Positions 60,178 through 64,000 of a DNA stretch of 64,000 bases are shown here, in pieces. The notes under the pieces are model-generated. The model saw nothing but the letters and a program-made list of their open reading frames with translations. It ran no database searches and was not told where the DNA came from. Every line of letters starts with the position of its first letter. Positions within the stretch are counted from its first letter, which is position 1. The stretch is from the NCBI GenBank assembly GCA_044225505.1, contig JBGAIN010000025.1:1-64000 (forward strand), read 5' to 3'. The position numbers were made by a program, and so were the translations under genes. This DNA is from Limisphaerales bacterium. Lineage in GTDB: Bacteria; Verrucomicrobiota; Verrucomicrobiia; Limisphaerales; SIBE01.

Positions 60178-62438
60178 ATGAAGAATTACATCGATCACGG
60201 CGTCGGAAGCTTGGTTCTGCTGGCGCTGACGGCCATTCGCTGTTTTGCCCAATCCACTTACGAGCCTTACACCTTCACCACTCTCGCCGGCGGGGGCGGC
60301 TACAGCACAAACGTCGCTGGAATTGCCGCGCGGATCAGTAATCCTGCGGGTGTGGCGGCGGACGCGGCCGGCAATGTGTATGTGGCGGACACCTTCAATC
60401 AGGCGATTCGAAAAGTGACACCGGCCGGAGTCGTCACGACCTTGGCCGGGCTACCGGGGACTTCTGGCAGCGCCGACGGGACAGGCAGCGACGCACGATT
60501 TTATTATCCGGACAAGCTCGCGGTGGACAACGACGGAAACGTCTATGTGTCGGACAACGAGAACCACACGATCCGGAAAATAACCCGGGACGGAGTTGTT
60601 ACGACGCTGGCGGGGCGGGCGGGCGTTTCCGGCAGCGCAGATGGGACGAACAGCGCCGCAAGGTTTAATTACCCCGAAGGAGTGGCCGTGGACAGCGCCA
60701 ATAATATCTACGTCGCGGATGCAAGCAATTCTACGATCCGAAAACTAACGCCAGTGGGAACGAACTGGGTGGTGACGACGCTGGCCGGACTGGCCGGGAG
60801 TTTTGGCAGCGCGAACGGGACAAATAGGACGGCGCGGTTCAACTTTGCCCAAGGCTTGGCAATCGACAGCGCTGGGACCCTTTACGTTGCGGACACGGAC
60901 AACCACACTGTCCGCAAAGTGACGCCGGTCGGAACCAATTGGGTGGTGACCACGCTGGCAGGGAATTCCTCCCAAAAGGATCAACTTGGTAGGCCTGTCG
61001 GCGGCTATGCCGACGGGATGAATAGCTCCGCTCGATTTAGCGAACCAAAAGGGGTTGCGGTGGACAGCGTGGGCAATATTTATGTGGCGGACGAAGGCAA
61101 TCACGCGCTGCGGCAAATGGCCCTCGTAGGAACGAACTGGATGGTGACGACAATCGCCGGACTGGGGGGTAATCCTGGCAGCACGGATGGGACGAACAGC
61201 GCCGCGCGGTTTGATTTTCCCTATGGCGTGGCGGTGGACAACACAGGCAACGTCTACGTGGCTGACTTATATAATGATGCAATCCGGAAGTTGACGCCCG
61301 ATGGCACGAACTGGGTGGTCGCCACGCTGGCCGGACTCGGAGGTGTTTCTGGCAGTACGGACGGCCCGGGTAATTCTGCGTTGTTTCGAGGTCCCGCCGG
61401 AGTTGCGGTGGATAGCGCTGGCGGTGTCTATGTGGCGGATCAAGTCAATCACGTGATCCGCAAACTAACGGCGGTGGGTGAAGTGACGACCGTGGCAGGA
61501 TTGTCGGGCTATGCCGGCAGCGTGAACGGGACGAACAGCGACGCGCGGTTCAATAGTCCTTATGGCGTAGCAGTGGACAACACGGGGAAATTCTATGTCG
61601 TGGAGCGAGGCAATGGCACGATTCGGAAAGCAACACCGGCAGGAACGAACTGGGTGGTAACAACATTGGCCTCGGGTGTTGGTGAACCCAAAGGACTGGC
61701 TGTGGACGGCTCGGGCAATGTCTATGTGACAGACTCAGGCAACCACACGATCGACAAAGTGACACCGGCTGGAGTTGTGACGATCTTGGCCGGATCGGCG
61801 GGCAGCTATGGCAGCGCGAACGGNNNNNNNNNNNNNNNNNNNNNNNNNNNNNNNNNNNNNNNNNNNNCCGTGCGAGAGTAGTCACGACGATCGCCGGAAT
61901 GGCCGGTAGTTCTGGTAGCGCGGACGGAATCGGGAACTCCGCGCGGTTTGATTATCCTTCTGGTATCGCGGTGGACAACTCCGGCAACCTCTATGTTTCT
62001 GATACCTACAACAACACCATCCGCAAACTGAAGCTGGTCGGCACGAACTGGGTGGTGACGACCCTCGGCGGAATGCCCGGCTTTTACGGCACAGCGGACG
62101 GAACCGAGAGCACGGCGCGATTCAGCAATCCCAGCGGCTTGGCCGTGGACGGTGCGGGCAACCTTTACGTGGCGGACTATTACTTCAACACCATCCGCAA
62201 GGGATACCCGCCGACGAGGCTCGTCAATGTTGGCCTCTTCGAGGGGGACTTTCGGTTCGGTTTCACGGGGCCACCTGGGCAAACCGTGATCGTGCAGGCA
62301 TCGTCTGACTTGGTGAGTTGGTCGCCGATATTGACCAATTCCATTGGACCCGACCTCGTTTTCCGCCGACCGCTAGCGGACGTCATCTCGAACGGCTTTT
62401 TCCGGGTCCGCGTCCCTTCGAGCCTATTTGAAAACTAG
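60178..62438 (+). CDS. Second NHL-repeat protein (paralogue) spanning the assembly gap, with a C-terminal F[YF]R domain
   Basis: ORFs 60178-61881 and 61899-62438 continue the same repeat series across the N-run. Tail VQASSDLVSW...GFFRV. Confidence 0.85.
61824..61867. other. Assembly gap (44 N)
   Basis: Run of N inside the repetitive NHL gene. Confidence 0.99.
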
Positions 62439-62692
62439 GAGGAGTGCTGTTTTCGCGGAAAAGGCGGTCTGGCTAGGCGCAAGGGAAGGAGCATCCCCGT
62501 CCCGACAGGTCGGGATAACCGAGCGAGCAACAACGCCGGACAGCCTTTTCCGCGAAAACCCTCCTCCTGCCGTTCCGAGCGTGTTTTGCCATGGTAGCAG
62601 CCGAGGTGAGGAGGCGGAAATGAATGCGCAAATCCGCGGGGAACTCCGCCTCATTACTTCGGCGGCTAGGGGATGTCGAGCTCCAAACAGGC
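62420..62692. mobile_element. Putative MITE-like palindromic element containing a GTAG-type REP doublet
   Basis: Short imperfect ends GCCTATTTG / CAAACAGGC, an internal 25-bp inverted repeat (62449-62473 vs 62535-62559), and a second inverted pair (62594-62618 vs 62645-62669). Confidence 0.55.
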
Positions 62693-63495
62693 AACGGGCC
62701 ACCGCCGATCTGTGCCAATCCGGGTGGTTTCGATTTGGTGTGCGCCGTCCGTGATGATCGTGCGACCACAGCGTGGCGTGTCAGATGATAATGCCGCTGT
62801 TCTACAAAAAGATGTTCGCGATCGAGCCGACGCTTCGTCCGGGGGCGGAAGATCGATCGGGCTGCAGGCTCGGCAGAATGGTCTGGCAGGAGTTCGTCCG
62901 TAAGTTCCGCTTGCAGGTTAGAGGAATGTGTTACTTCTTCTTTCGCTCCGACTGCTTGGACAGAGATTTGGTTGAGTTCCTGGAACTGCTGCTTTGCCTA
63001 TGACGCGGATCGTTTTCCTCATCACTTTGGTGTTATTGTCGTAGTTCCCCTTGGTTAAGCCGAGGGGCTTTGTCCGGGGGCGTGGTCGCAGATAGAGCCG
63101 GTTGGCGAATTTGACCGTGCGGTTTTTGGCTCGCCAAATACGCATCTTCGGTTCATCCTTTCTTTGTCAGGCGATTCCACTAGACACGCGGTAGTCCTGG
63201 CGGTGTGCTTGCCCTAACGCCTGAGAGTCGTTCACGGTTATCGCGTTTGGCGGTTTGATTTGAATCAATGCATAGCCGTCACTCCTTAGCGACAATGGGG
63301 TGAGTCCTGTATTGCCCTTGGAAGGTGGCGGTCGGCAGGGGGAATCCTGGGACGGGAAAGGTTGATTGGATGAAGAACGTGGATCGGCGGAGGCTTTGCA
63401 GCAACGGATACCTTCAGTGGCCTTTGACTGTAGTTGGACAGCGTTTGCACACTTCGATGTTTCTCCCAATTCTCGATCCAAATGGATCTTGGCTG

Positions 63496-64000
63496 ATGGT
63501 GACGTCGCACCTGATTAGGAGCTGTCTCTTCTATCTTTGCCTGGTTATGAACGTGGCTTCCTACGGCGCGGCCTTCTCGGATGTCCAAGTGGGATTGCCG
63601 AACCTGATGCTTCCGGGGGGTGCTTGGGGAGATTATGACAATGATGGAGACCTCGATTTGCTCCTGTATGGAAGCGATGGGTCAACGTTCCAACTCGATC
63701 TTTGGCGGAACGATCAAGGCGCATTCTCAAAAGTGACAGCGGGATTGCCTTCCGTGCCTGGCGTGTTGGCCACTTGGGGCGACTATGACAATGACGGCTA
63801 TCTGGACTTGGCCTTGTTCGTTGGTAACTACGCGACCTACGAGTATTCGGTCCAAGTTTGGCGAGGCAACGGAACTGCCTTCAATCAGCAATACTCCACG
63901 CCGGCCATGACTCCGCCCGGAGGCTTGAAATGGATTGATCTTGATCGGGATGGCGACCTGGATCTGGTTTGGGCGGATTATGGAGCGAGCGGCTTTACGG
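63496..64000 (+). CDS. 3'-truncated secreted FG-GAP/VCBS-repeat protein (absent from the ORF track)
   Basis: Manual translation gives MVTSHLIRSCLFYLCLVMNVASYGA...WGDYDNDGDLDL...WGDYDNDGYLDL...WIDLDRDGDLDL. The frame stays open to the window end. Confidence 0.88.
   Translation, partial: MVTSHLIRSCLFYLCLVMNVASYGAAFSDVQVGLPNLMLPGGAWGDYDNDGDLDLLLYGSDGSTFQLDLWRNDQGAFSKVTAGLPSVPGVLATWGDYDNDGYLDLALFVGNYATYEYSVQVWRGNGTAFNQQYSTPAMTPPGGLKWIDLDRDGDLDLVWADYGASGFT

Noticed and set aside
61824..61898. Apparent split or pseudogene of NHL-2
   Set aside because: The break coincides with the N gap, whose length is only an estimate. The repeat pattern resumes after it.
57756..62438. Periodic DNA repeats suggesting an array or a diversity-generating element
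   Set aside because: They are explained by coding NHL repeats. No reverse transcriptase is present and no adenine-specific TR/VR pair was seen.
62918..63145. 75-aa basic ORF with an AAGGA upstream
   Set aside because: It could be real, but there is no family resemblance or other support.

Overview
Bacterial genomic window with one 44-N assembly gap (61824-61867). It is probably from a Verrucomicrobiota (Pedosphaerales/Limisphaerales-like) genome, inferred from gene style and not from a database search. (1) About 0.8-25.6 kb is a Wzx/Wzy-type surface-polysaccharide locus. It carries a full WbpA/B/E/D/I-like route to a 2,3-diacetamido-uronic acid, a WbpP-like epimerase, an AsnB-like amidotransferase, two flippases, glycosyltransferases, an embedded exosortase with an EpsI-like partner, a GbsR/MarR regulator and a secreted GLCE-family C5-epimerase. 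(2) 25.8-38.9 kb holds a degenerate GalU-like gene, a GHMP-kinase/UDP-sugar-pyrophosphorylase fusion, ftsK, an atypical kinase-like ORF, a PAS histidine kinase and an orphan DGQHR protein. (3) 39-64 kb holds large secreted proteins (HExxH, delta-60/beta-helix/cohesin, two NHL paralogues, FG-GAP), an ABC-F ATPase, an ECF sigma/Ser-Thr kinase pair and REP/MITE-like repeats. The strongest signal is that six signal-peptide proteins with five different cargo types share a ~60-aa domain ([EQ]xSx[DN]LxxW...F[YF]R[VLA]), terminal in five of them. This is a candidate uncharacterised C-terminal sorting/secretion signal. Several extracytoplasmic proteins also appear rich in Thr-Asn dipeptides. No CRISPR array, rRNA or tRNA was recognised.
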